Of a stretch of 32,377 nucleotides of DNA, positions 1-8,626 are shown in pieces (position 1 is the first letter of the stretch; every line of letters begins with the position of its first letter). Source of the stretch: an uncultured Methanosarcinales archaeon (GTDB lineage Archaea > Nanobdellota > Nanobdellia > Woesearchaeales > GW2011-AR9); the NCBI GenBank assembly GCA_964502785.1, contig CAZCXW010000009.1, forward strand, positions 1 through 32,377, given 5' to 3'. A model generated the notes under the pieces. The model was not told where the DNA came from. It did no database searches and was given only the letters and a program-made list of their open reading frames with translations. The translations under genes were made by a program, and so were the position numbers.

Positions 1-409
1 CTTCTTCCGCCTCCCACACTCTTCGCGGCTGATTAAAATCAAGCAATTCCTGCACTTCTCCTCTCAGCGCCTGCGCATCATCTTCCAGATCAAGCGTCTG
101 GCGATGCACATTTGCCGGACCATCGTCTTCTAAATCTTCTAAAAAATCATCAATATCATCTTCCAATTCCTTCGTCTTCTCATAAAGTTTTTCCAGACGA
201 TCTTTATATCTATTAAATTTGTTATCATCCCGATCTAATCGTGCTTCAATAAATTCTCTTTTGTAATCACGATAATCATCATAATATTCGTTGTAATCGT
301 CTCTCAAATGATCATACTTTGCTTCTTCTGCTGTTTGTGCTGACACGAGAGAACCGACTGTAAGAATAAATAAGAGCAAAAATCCAACGATAACCTTGCT
401 GCCTGCCAT
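1..409 (-). CDS. Hypothetical secreted acidic coiled-coil protein; the 3' end runs off the window
   Basis: ATG at 409-407. Hand translation MAGSKVIVGFLLLFILTVGSLVSAQTAEEAKYDHLRDDYNEYYDDYRDYKREF... shows a Sec-type signal peptide (VSA/Q), then D/E/K/R/Y-rich sequence with no stop down to base 1. Absent from the supplied track because no stop lies in the window. Confidence 0.5.
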   Translation of the reverse strand, partial: MAGSKVIVGFLLLFILTVGSLVSAQTAEEAKYDHLRDDYNEYYDDYRDYKREFIEARLDRDDNKFNRYKDRLEKLYEKTKELEDDIDDFLEDLEDDGPANVHRQTLDLEDDAQALRGEVQELLDFNQPRRVWEAEE

Positions 410-475
410 TATTTTTTTAGGTTAAGGCTTCTTTATAAATTTTTCTTAGAATTCTACTTTAGAGTAGCGACTCTG

Positions 476-949
476 TTAAAGAATAACTTCTCCCCTGTTT
501 AATTTAGGAAGGAAATTAATAATCGTCTTCTCTTTGTAACGGGCGCAGCCGATCGTATTATTTTGATACTGTAATACTAGCAATTTGCTTTCTTCTCCTA
601 AATCTTTGCTTAAATCAAGCCCTTGGAAGTATTCCTTGACCTCTTCTGGTGTCAGTTGGAGAAGATTTTTTATCTTTTTCCCCGATTTCTCCGCTTCCTG
701 CACCAATAATTGCGCCCCTTCCTTGCTTAATCTCACTTGTTTGTCCCGCACTTCAGCAACATAAAGGCCGATCCTATCGATTCTTAATTTCTTAAGGTCA
801 ACTTTAATTAAATCATTGTTAATGATAAACAAGCGGTCTTTTTCATTGAGAAGATATGCATAATCCCCTTCCCAGAAATAACCAAATTCATGTATACATT
901 GCTCCCGAATGTGTTTGATCTCTTTAGCATTAAGAATTTTATTTTGCAT
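476..949 (-). CDS. Nip7-like PUA-domain protein (putative ribosome biogenesis factor)
   Basis: 157-aa ORF starting 3 nt downstream of the aIF5B stop. The C-terminal tail ...IGCARYKEKTIINFLPKLNRGEVIL follows the G-x-G...N...GE-x-L pattern I recall from archaeal Nip7 PUA domains. Assigned from the recalled family pattern only. Confidence 0.5.
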   Translation of the reverse strand: MQNKILNAKEIKHIREQCIHEFGYFWEGDYAYLLNEKDRLFIINNDLIKVDLKKLRIDRIGLYVAEVRDKQVRLSKEGAQLLVQEAEKSGKKIKNLLQLTPEEVKEYFQGLDLSKDLGEESKLLVLQYQNNTIGCARYKEKTIINFLPKLNRGEVIL

Positions 950-952
950 TTC

Positions 953-2740
953 TTAACCTACCCCCCATACTGGATTATTCTTCCTTTTCATCTCTGCAAT
1001 TTCTTTTAGAACCTCGATCTCCATCTTTGAAAGATATTTTTTCAATTCTTTCAGTTTCTTGAAATCATCTTCCGGCAGATCAGTATACAAAAAATCCCCT
1101 TCATTAATTTGTCTTCCCACCGTCACTTTGTCAAGAGCCATCGCTAATTGTTTTCCTTGTTCGGCAATGGTCACCGATTCCTGCCCTTCTTTCATGCTCT
1201 TCACCAAAGTCAGATGCTCCCCATCTTCTTTCATGACAGGATCTCCTGTTTTAATCCTTCCCACTTCAATCTCCACTCCGACGATCGCCGGATTATTCTG
1301 GCGGAAAACATATCCTTTAAGGATAAGGAATTTACAAGGACGCACTAATTTGCTTAACTCTTGCAGCTCAATCCTCTTTTTGAATGTTTCAGTATATTTT
1401 TCATATTCTTCAATAACCCGGTAAATAATATCATAAGAAATAATCTTCAAATTTTTTGTCTTGATGTAATCCTCTAACTCCGGTGGAGATTTTACATTAA
1501 AACCTAAAAGAACACCATACATTTGATCTTTTTCCTGGATTGATTCGAGATTGGATAAATCTTTTTTAGTGATATTCCCTAACGAAGCAGAAGAAATGGG
1601 GATTTTCTTCTCTGAAAGAAGTACCCGCAGCGCTTCCAATCCTCCTAGTGTGTCCGCTTTAATAATTACTCCTACCGCATCGCTTTCTTCCATCACCACT
1701 TCTTGAATCTCTTGCTGCACTTCCTCTTTCAAAGCTTCAATATCTTCCTGTTTTCCAGAGCATCCTCGCAGGGGCATTCCCGCCATCGCTTTCTCTAATC
1801 CTGGAGCAATAATCTTTACTCCCGTTGCTGCCATGGCTTCTTTCACTTTTTTGAAACTGCTTTTTTTCTCCCGCATTTCCGTAAGTTCTTCCGGTTCTAG
1901 TAATGCCCTTACCCTTAAAATTAAAGGCCCGTCCATATTCCCAACAATTAATGTATCATTAACTCGTAGCGTGCCATTATAGATAATTGCATCGATGGCC
2001 GTGCCCATCCCTTTTTCTTCTTTTACTTCTAAGATTGTTCCTTTTGCTGGTCCTGCTTCTTCGATCACCAGTTTTTGTTCCAAATACTTTTGTGCTAAGC
2101 CGGTAAGAACCATCAACAATTCCGGTATTCCTTGCCCTGTGTGTGCTGAGATGGGCACCAATGCAATTTGTTTTGTGTAATCCTGAACTCTGTCAAAGCG
2201 TTCCGACTGCAATTCATGTTCATGAAACTGCCCAACCAGTTCATACATTTTTTTCTCAAACTCAGCTTGAAGCTGATAATCTAAATTATTGATATTCTCT
2301 AACAGCAGCTTAGCAGGATCATATTTCCACCCCGCCAATAAGTCAATCTTATTTGCAGCTACGACAAAAGGGACTTTATGAGCTTTCAAAATTTCAATAG
2401 ATTCAATCGTTTGCGGTTTAAATCCTTCATTGATGTCTACGACAAGAATCGCAATATCCGCTAAGCTTCCTCCTCTTTTACGTAAGGATGTGAATGCGGC
2501 ATGACCGGGAGTATCAATTGTAAGCAGTCCTGGGACGGTGAGCTTATCCTTAAAAACATTCATTAATGATCCGCAGATTTTCTTAATCGTTTCAATGGGG
2601 ATAATGGAAACACCGATGGCTTGCGTAATTCCTCCCGCTTCTCCTTTGGTCACTGCCGTCTGCCTAATTTTATCTAACAATGAAGTCTTTCCATGGTCAA
2701 CGTGACCTAAGGTTGCAACTAAAACTTTGCGGATTGCCAT
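953..2740 (-). CDS. infB: Translation initiation factor aIF5B (IF-2 family GTPase)
   Basis: GTPase motifs GHVDHGKTSLLD, DTPGH and NKID; full-length aIF5B-like architecture (595 aa). Start moved to ATG 2740 (MAIRKVLVATLGHVDHGKT). The 33 extra N-terminal codons of the track ORF are hydrophobic junk running into the divergent promoter. Confidence 0.95.
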   Translation of the reverse strand: MAIRKVLVATLGHVDHGKTSLLDKIRQTAVTKGEAGGITQAIGVSIIPIETIKKICGSLMNVFKDKLTVPGLLTIDTPGHAAFTSLRKRGGSLADIAILVVDINEGFKPQTIESIEILKAHKVPFVVAANKIDLLAGWKYDPAKLLLENINNLDYQLQAEFEKKMYELVGQFHEHELQSERFDRVQDYTKQIALVPISAHTGQGIPELLMVLTGLAQKYLEQKLVIEEAGPAKGTILEVKEEKGMGTAIDAIIYNGTLRVNDTLIVGNMDGPLILRVRALLEPEELTEMREKKSSFKKVKEAMAATGVKIIAPGLEKAMAGMPLRGCSGKQEDIEALKEEVQQEIQEVVMEESDAVGVIIKADTLGGLEALRVLLSEKKIPISSASLGNITKKDLSNLESIQEKDQMYGVLLGFNVKSPPELEDYIKTKNLKIISYDIIYRVIEEYEKYTETFKKRIELQELSKLVRPCKFLILKGYVFRQNNPAIVGVEIEVGRIKTGDPVMKEDGEHLTLVKSMKEGQESVTIAEQGKQLAMALDKVTVGRQINEGDFLYTDLPEDDFKKLKELKKYLSKMEIEVLKEIAEMKRKNNPVWGVG

Positions 2741-2829
2741 CAGTAACCCTGAACTGAAGATTATTTTTAAACTTAACGAGCAGGTTTGACAGAAAAATTT
2801 AAATATAAATACTATATTTAAGTAGTAAC
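2741..2829. promoter_or_regulatory. Divergent AT-rich promoter region with two TATA-like boxes
   Basis: gattatttttaaac (about 2759-2772) is centred about 26 nt from the aIF5B ATG at 2740. aaatttaaatataaatac (about 2796-2813) is centred about 25 nt from the ATG at 2830. This spacing is typical of archaeal leaderless transcripts. Confidence 0.45.
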
Positions 2830-3540
2830 ATGAATTCAACTCGGCGAACGTTTCTACTGTCAGTGATTATGGCTCCCGTCACTCTGCCATTTATTGGCTG
2901 CGGTGAGCAGACTAAGATTGGAAGAGTTCCTTCTTTGCCCGATGGCGGAATTTTGTATTCAGATGTTCATATTGGCGCGGATGCCGGTGCATTTACCGAT
3001 GCGCGCGCTCCGGATGCAGAATCAGATGTTGCAGATGCTGGAATTGCCTGTCGTATAAAATTTGAATGGTACAATGATTTTGAAAGTCCCTTCTGCCGAC
3101 GCTTCTACGAAGACTCTCTTCCTTCGATTAAAACTGATTACGGTTCTCAAGTTGACGTCGTAATCCATCATTTTCCCCTTCCGGAAATTTTTCCGAATGC
3201 CTATTTTGCCGCCGTCGCTGCCGAATGCGCGCTTCGCCAAGGAAAGTTTTGGGAATATGCAGATCTCCTTTTTCAAAATCAAGGGAATTTAACCGATCGC
3301 AACCTACAGCAATTTGCATCCAACGTAGGCCTTGATGAGAGAATCTTCAATGAATGTTTTGATGCAGGTTCCAATGGAATTGCTCAAACGCAAGTTCAAA
3401 ATGATAAGAATAATGGTCAAGATCGTGCCGTTCGAGGTGTTCCTACGTTTTTCATCGGTCCACAAAATCTCCGTATTGATGGCGCTAATCCTTACGTCCA
3501 ATTCAAGTCCGTTATAGAAGAAGCATGCGGGCGGCAATAA
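2830..3540 (+). CDS. DsbA-like thioredoxin-fold protein with Tat-type signal and lipobox; active site SPFC
   Basis: N-terminus MNSTRRTFLLSV...LPFIGC combines a twin-arginine motif (S/T-R-R-x-F-L) with a lipobox-like Cys. The body matches the DsbA/Thioredoxin_4 pattern (FEWYNDFESPFCRRF..., QGKFWEY..LF, RGVPTFFIG cis-Pro loop). Confidence 0.75.
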   Translation: MNSTRRTFLLSVIMAPVTLPFIGCGEQTKIGRVPSLPDGGILYSDVHIGADAGAFTDARAPDAESDVADAGIACRIKFEWYNDFESPFCRRFYEDSLPSIKTDYGSQVDVVIHHFPLPEIFPNAYFAAVAAECALRQGKFWEYADLLFQNQGNLTDRNLQQFASNVGLDERIFNECFDAGSNGIAQTQVQNDKNNGQDRAVRGVPTFFIGPQNLRIDGANPYVQFKSVIEEACGRQ

Positions 3541-3622
3541 TAATACCCATTTCTAATTTTTCTATAGGACCTATGCTTGGCCATAAACCAATAATTTTTA
3601 AACTTCTCTTCTTCTCAGAACC

Positions 3623-4750
3623 ATGATGTCTCTCATAACTGAACATTCCTCTAAAATACAAATTACTTTTCCAGAAAAAGATGTTCATCGTAAAATGGAC
3701 GTCTTTTACAATCCTCTTATGGCATCGCAGCGTAGCATCACCATCCTTCTCCTCAATTCTTTGGAAAAAAAAGAGATGAACATTGCCGATCCCCTTGCTG
3801 GTTCCGGCATCCGCGCCTTGCGTTTTATGCAGGAATTAAAAAGCAACAAAATCAGGCATCTCTTTGTCAACGACCTTAAAGAGACGTTCCAAAAAACATT
3901 TACCCAAAATATCGAATTGAATAACCTAAAAAAAAGTACAAATATTCATCTCTCAACCGAGGATGCTTCCTTATTCCTCCTGAATCAGGTTCATCACTGT
4001 AAAGACATTGAAAAGTATTGCGGCTATTTTGATTATATTGAAATTGATCCTTTCGGCACCCCTAATCCATTTTTGAATGCTGCCATCGCCAGAATTAATC
4101 GTCACGGCCTTGTCGCCGTCACCGCCACCGATACAGCGGCATTAACAGGAACTTATCCTAAAGTAACACAGCGTAAATACTGGGCAAAATCCTTGAAAAA
4201 TTATCTCATGCACGAACTTGGCTTGCGTATTCTTATTCGTAAAATTCAGTTAATTGGCATCCAATTTGATAAAGCATTAATTCCTATTTTAGCTTATCAT
4301 AAAGACCATTATTTCCGGATTTTCTTCATCTCAGAGAAAGGCAAAGAAAAATGCGACACTCTCGTAAAACGACACCAATATTTTCTTTTTAATCCAGAAT
4401 CATTAGAATTTACAACCTCTTTCTACAACCAACAAAATGGCTTTGAATTTGCCGGCCCTTTATGGACGGGGAATCTCTCTGATAAGAAATTAATCCAAAA
4501 AATGGCGAAAGAAAACCCCTTCCCTGAAGAACAGAAATTTTTAGATTTATTGAAAGAAGAAGCAAGAATAGATCAAGTAGGATTTTATGATTTGCATTCT
4601 TTTGCCAGAAAATATAAAATGGATGCGCCGAAGATGGATTTTGTTTTATCAAAAGTCCATGGCGTGCGAACTCATTTCAGTGGTACGGGCATAAAAACAA
4701 AGTGTCCTTTTAATGAAATCAAAAAATTGTTTTCTTCTATACATTTTTAA
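3623..4750 (+). CDS. trm1: tRNA (guanine(26)-N2)-dimethyltransferase Trm1
   Basis: FYNPLMASQRSITILLL, ADPLAGSGIRALRF and DPFGTPNPFLNAAIARINRHGLVAVTATDTAALTG are classic Trm1 motifs. A TATA-like box aataatttttaaac lies about 27 nt upstream. Confidence 0.9.
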   Translation: MMSLITEHSSKIQITFPEKDVHRKMDVFYNPLMASQRSITILLLNSLEKKEMNIADPLAGSGIRALRFMQELKSNKIRHLFVNDLKETFQKTFTQNIELNNLKKSTNIHLSTEDASLFLLNQVHHCKDIEKYCGYFDYIEIDPFGTPNPFLNAAIARINRHGLVAVTATDTAALTGTYPKVTQRKYWAKSLKNYLMHELGLRILIRKIQLIGIQFDKALIPILAYHKDHYFRIFFISEKGKEKCDTLVKRHQYFLFNPESLEFTTSFYNQQNGFEFAGPLWTGNLSDKKLIQKMAKENPFPEEQKFLDLLKEEARIDQVGFYDLHSFARKYKMDAPKMDFVLSKVHGVRTHFSGTGIKTKCPFNEIKKLFSSIHF

Positions 4751-4801
4751 ATGGCGTTCAAATTTACCTTTTATGTCAAAAAATCAGCATATTAAACGCT
4801 C

Positions 4802-5476
4802 ATGACCAATAATGATTTAATTTCCCTCGTCGCTGAAAATAAACACTATCTCAAAGTTAGATCCCCTCGTGATCCACAAGTTCTCAATGCCATGCGTCGC
4901 GTCGATCGCGCTTTTTTTCTTCCACGCTCGCAGCAATCATATGCGTATGAAGATGAGCCGCTCAGCATCGGTTATCGTCAGCCCTGCGCTAAACCATCTT
5001 TGGTTGCGCTTATTACAGATCTTTTAGACCTAAAAAAGAGCATGAATGTCCTCGAAATTGGCACTGGCTGCGGATACCATGCGGCCATTGTCGCTGAAGT
5101 TATTGGCCGCAAAGGCCATATCACATCTGTTGAATACATTCCTCAATTAGCCCGCCGCGCCCGCTCTAATCTCGCCCAGCATTTCGGCGAAGCGTGGAGA
5201 GAAAAGGTGAGCGTCCATCGTGGTGACGGTTCGGTTGGTTATGTCAAAGACGCTCCTTACGATAGGATCTATTTAGCGGCAGGTGTTAACATAAAATCTT
5301 TCAAACCTGAGCTCATTGCTTCTCAGTTGAAGTCGGAAGGAATTCTGTTGTATCCCCAAGAAAAAGGGGGAATCATCAAAGAAAAATATTCCAAGGATGT
5401 GCGTATTTACTCTCAGCTCTGCTCCCCAGACAAAGATGGCTTTTGGTTTGTTCCACTTCGAGGATTTAATGTTTAA
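4802..5476 (+). CDS. pcm: Protein-L-isoaspartate O-methyltransferase family protein (divergent substrate motif)
   Basis: AMRRVDRAFFLP, AYEDEPLSIG and the SAM motif VLEIGTGCGYHAAIVAEVIG, at PIMT length. The usual GQT(I/V)S(Q/A)P motif reads RQPCAKP here. Confidence 0.85.
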   Translation: MTNNDLISLVAENKHYLKVRSPRDPQVLNAMRRVDRAFFLPRSQQSYAYEDEPLSIGYRQPCAKPSLVALITDLLDLKKSMNVLEIGTGCGYHAAIVAEVIGRKGHITSVEYIPQLARRARSNLAQHFGEAWREKVSVHRGDGSVGYVKDAPYDRIYLAAGVNIKSFKPELIASQLKSEGILLYPQEKGGIIKEKYSKDVRIYSQLCSPDKDGFWFVPLRGFNV

Positions 5477-5922
5477 TGTATCCTCTCATACCTTCCCACC
5501 AATTCCGCTTTAGCGAGTATGTGCCCTTGCATCGCTTTCTCCACTTCTACTTTAGTGGCTCCTTCTTTTAGATTTAACATAACATCTAATGCATATAATT
5601 TGAAGAAATACCTATGCTCTGTATCTGGCGGACATGGGCCTTTATACTTGAAATTTCCTCCCGTTCCTTTCCCATGAATTCCTTCAGGTTCTTTTCCTTC
5701 AGGAATTTCTTTTGTCTCCGGTGGAATATTAAAAACAATCCAATGATCCCATATCTTTCCTGCCGGTTTTACCGCATCCGGATCATCCATAATCAACACT
5801 ACACTTTTTGCTTCTTTTGGCACATCTGCTATTGTTAACGGCGGATTGCTATTTTCTCCATCACAGGTATATTTTGAATCGATTTTTTGATTCTGCTGAA
5901 ACGTCGAACTTGTTAGTTCCAT
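5473..5922 (-). CDS. PEBP/YbhB-YbcL family (Raf kinase inhibitor-like) protein
   Basis: YTCDGENSNPPL, LIMDDPDA, WDHWIVFNIP and GPCPPDTEHRYFFKLYALD. Start set at ATG 5922 (MELTSS...), which is preceded by GAGGTGA 6-7 nt upstream. The upstream 46 codons of the track ORF overlap a repeat element. The stop overlaps the pcm stop (convergent). Confidence 0.85.
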   Translation of the reverse strand: MELTSSTFQQNQKIDSKYTCDGENSNPPLTIADVPKEAKSVVLIMDDPDAVKPAGKIWDHWIVFNIPPETKEIPEGKEPEGIHGKGTGGNFKYKGPCPPDTEHRYFFKLYALDVMLNLKEGATKVEVEKAMQGHILAKAELVGRYERIH

Positions 5923-5974
5923 GCCTTTCACCTCATTATTTTGTTCAACTTTAGTACAGCTTATTAAAATCCTC

Positions 5975-6194
5975 GGAATTTTCCACCAGTCTATGACTGG
6001 TGGCTTCAACGTGGAAAATTCTGGGAGCCAAAAAGCTCTGGCTTTTGGATCCAAAAACAATGTTTTTGTGAGTCAGAAAACCGCCCCGAGCGAAGCGAGC
6101 ATGCAAAGAAATCCGCTGATTTCTTGCACAAGAAATGCGCGACATTTCTTTGTGCCATCCGGTCTCTGACCGGTGGTGGGCGGTTTTCTTTGAC
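5975..6194 (-). repeat. Mosaic intergenic repeat, copy C (long form)
   Basis: Read on the minus strand it starts GTCAAAGAAAACCGCCCAC (6194-6176). It contains the CCGGTC-aga-GACCGG hairpin and ends with the hairpin CCACCAGT(5983-5990)-ctatg-ACTGGTGG(5996-6003). The termini are shared with copies at 12240, 21622, 22167 and 31095. Confidence 0.8.
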
Positions 6195-6337
6195 AAATCA
6201 CAATAACAAGCATTATTAATGCAGGTTTCATTTGATATTATCCAGTGATGAACATATTTAAAGATTCTTATTTTTCAGGTTAATCTTTTTAAAGAAAAGA
6301 AACAATTTCAGGAAAATAACTTTTGGAGGAAGATAAC

Positions 6338-7126
6338 ATGGCAGAACTGCAGTTTGAAGGATATTCTCCCTTCGACAGAGGAAGAATTTATACAAAAGAT
6401 GGTGAATCATTCAGTAAAATCCCTCTTCGAGAAATTCTTATGGTTGAAACTTTTACGGAACCTACGAAAGACGGCGTAATTGATTATCTGGTTAGTGAAG
6501 CATCTAAAACATCAGTTTTATCTTTGCCTTCTAGTATGGAGCAGGATGTAAAGACGTTAAGAGATCTCATTCGTGTACTGCCAACTCAAATCCTGACTCA
6601 TCTTAAAACAAGAGATTCTAATTGTTTGACTTTTGTCGGACAAAATACTCCTGCGAGAAAGATTGAACAAGGAGAAAACGCTAGACGCTATCTGCATATT
6701 CAATATGGTGCCATTCCCCTTGACTTCATTAGCGCGCAGCCAGCAGCATCCGTTGATGCAGATTGGTACGAAGCAATACTCCCTCGATTAAGTCCTTCAC
6801 CAGTAGGTGTTACCATGACCATGCAGTGGGGTATCACAGAACACCCTCCTCAGCAGGAGGAAACTCAGCTTCAAGTCAACATTCTCCAATTTGCTAAAGT
6901 AACCGAAACAGTAAGTATTGCCTATGCTGGAGTACGTGACCTATTCCCAGACTTTTCTTCAGTAAAAGACGCTACGGAAGATCATCTGAAAAGTGCTTCA
7001 TTGCCAGCCGTGAAAGCATTGTATCAAAGGGTTGCTCAAGCAATAGCTCAAGAAAAAGCTCGTGAAAAAGAAAGTCGAGAAATAAGAAGAATCCTTCTTG
7101 ATCAAGATCCAACGCACCGCCGATGA
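6338..7126 (+). CDS. Hypothetical protein, paralog 1 of a tandem pair (unknown family)
   Basis: Long ORF. ATG 6338 is preceded by GGAGG (6325-6329) inside TTGGAGGAAGATAA, the same RBS context as the S-layer-like gene; the track start at 6323 is a TTG inside that RBS. Shares blocks with the ORF at 7486-8319 (TFTEPTKDGVIDYLVSEAS, NTPAR...GE.ARY...YG.(I/V)PL, DWYEAIL, ASLPAVKAL). Confidence 0.7.
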   Translation: MAELQFEGYSPFDRGRIYTKDGESFSKIPLREILMVETFTEPTKDGVIDYLVSEASKTSVLSLPSSMEQDVKTLRDLIRVLPTQILTHLKTRDSNCLTFVGQNTPARKIEQGENARRYLHIQYGAIPLDFISAQPAASVDADWYEAILPRLSPSPVGVTMTMQWGITEHPPQQEETQLQVNILQFAKVTETVSIAYAGVRDLFPDFSSVKDATEDHLKSASLPAVKALYQRVAQAIAQEKAREKESREIRRILLDQDPTHRR

Positions 7127-7348
7127 GATTTAATATTTTTGTTTCTTCTCTCATTTTTGAATAAAGAGAATTTTGCAAAATTGATTTCCTGCTCTAAATT
7201 TGTAGAATTTTACGCATAAATTGCAAAGTTATCTGTCAGAACACAAAAGGGAAAATGATCCCTTTTTGTGCAAGAATTTTCTGCTTCAAAGAAGAGAAGT
7301 TCACCACCAATCAAAGAAAATGGTAGAAAATTCTGTGCATTTTGAGTT

Positions 7349-7384
7349 GTCAAAAAACAGGGTTTTTTACTCCCAGAATTTTCC
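7349..7384 (+). repeat. Partial copy (G) of mosaic intergenic repeat modules
   Basis: GTCAAAAAACAGGG...CTCCCAGAATTTTCC. The CTCCCAGAATTTTCC module is also present (reverse complement) in copy C at about 6010-6024. AAAGAGAATTTTGCAAAA at about 7163-7182 recurs as AAAGAGAACTTTGCAAAA at about 21598-21615. Confidence 0.6.
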
Positions 7385-7485
7385 GATATGTAAACTTAAT
7401 AAAAAATTCTGAGGATTTCAAAATTCTCTAAATAATAACATTTCTCTAAAGAAGATTTATAATTATCAAAAACGTCCCTCCTAAA

Positions 7486-8319
7486 ATGACTGGTGATGCA
7501 CGTCAATTATTCTTAGGATACCAGGCTATTGAAGAGGGAAAAGTACACTTGGGTATGGATATAATAGGGGGAATGATTACCCAAAAAATACTTTTTCCTT
7601 ACACCTTCACAGAGTCGACAGAAGAAGGTGTTATAAAGTATCTCAGTGAAGAAGCCTCTGGGGCATTGGCCAATCTCGCCTTGAATTTGCCCGAGACCTT
7701 GCGTCCCCAAAGAGAAAAAAGTGAATCCATTGAAAGTCGGATTCGCGCCCTGCCTTTTCAAATGCTGACCAAAATCGCGTTGCGGGATAATGGTTATGCG
7801 ACATTCATAAAACACAATACTCCCGCCAGAGTTCTGCCGACAGGAGAAACCCCGGCTCGGTATGTGGAAGTTTCCTACGGCTTGGTGCCGTTAGCTTTAG
7901 TTGAAGCTTCTCGGGAAATGGGGGTTGACATCAATTTTGAATGGTACGGACAAATCCTTCGCCAGTATAAAAGCGACTTCATTGGACCAAAATTAACTCT
8001 CTGCTGGAAATTAAATGCTCTGGGAAATCTCCCGCCTATTAATGAACTTATTTTTAATGCCTATAACGAAGGATATAACACTTTGTTAAATGTAGCCTCT
8101 GTCGTTTATCAAGGCTTAACGAGCTGCTGGCCAAATCCCGCCTTCAGCGATATTTCTCACGAAAAAATAAAAGAAGCTGCCTCTCCCGCGGTTGATGCCC
8201 TGCAACGATTAATTGATAGTCAGAAATTAAAAAAAGGATCTTCGGTGAAGAAAGTGCGAATTCATACAGCATCGAAAAAGGCTGGAAAAAACGATGACAA
8301 GAAAGCAAAAGTAAATTAA
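7486..8319 (+). CDS. Hypothetical protein, paralog 2 of the tandem pair; lysine-rich C-terminal tail
   Basis: 277-aa ORF with collinear similarity to 6338-7126 (TFTESTEEGVIKYLSEEAS, NTPARVLPTGETPARYVEVSYGLVPL, EWYGQIL, ASPAVDAL). Tail is KKGSSVKKVRIHTASKKAGKNDDKKAKVN. Confidence 0.7.
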   Translation: MTGDARQLFLGYQAIEEGKVHLGMDIIGGMITQKILFPYTFTESTEEGVIKYLSEEASGALANLALNLPETLRPQREKSESIESRIRALPFQMLTKIALRDNGYATFIKHNTPARVLPTGETPARYVEVSYGLVPLALVEASREMGVDINFEWYGQILRQYKSDFIGPKLTLCWKLNALGNLPPINELIFNAYNEGYNTLLNVASVVYQGLTSCWPNPAFSDISHEKIKEAASPAVDALQRLIDSQKLKKGSSVKKVRIHTASKKAGKNDDKKAKVN

Positions 8320-8336
8320 TAAAACCAGCTCGCAGC

Positions 8337-8615
8337 TTACCCCAATGCTAAATCCATTTTTGCTACTTCTGCTGACTGCACTTCCTTAATTTTCTGCATC
8401 TCTGCGGCGATGGCCTCAAAATCACGATTCTCTATCGTATACATAGCCATAATCAGAACTGCTTTCAGGCCAAAAGCGATGGGCTCTTCCTTAGCCTGCG
8501 TATCGCCTAATGCTCCTTCAACCTTTGCAATTTCCTGCGCCCTCCTCTTGATAGCCTCTAAATTAGCGTGCGGAGATTCCGGCATTAGTTTAAATGTAAT
8601 CACTGCTCTTGCCAT
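8337..8615 (-). CDS. Elongation factor 1-beta (aEF-1beta)
   Basis: 92 aa. TFKLMPESPHANLEAIK...EEPIAFGLKAVL matches the aEF-1beta pattern (KVMPESP...EEPIAFGL). Confidence 0.9.
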   Translation of the reverse strand: MARAVITFKLMPESPHANLEAIKRRAQEIAKVEGALGDTQAKEEPIAFGLKAVLIMAMYTIENRDFEAIAAEMQKIKEVQSAEVAKMDLALG

Positions 8616-8626
8616 GTTTCAACACC

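Noticed and set aside
2741-2839. 33-codon N-terminal extension of the aIF5B ORF (track start 2839)
   Set aside because: The extension is hydrophobic, low-complexity sequence (MNSCYYLNIVFIFKFF...) lying over the divergent promoter and overlapping the start of the opposite gene. The family-typical N-terminus MAIRKVLV..GHVDHGKT begins at the internal ATG at 2740.
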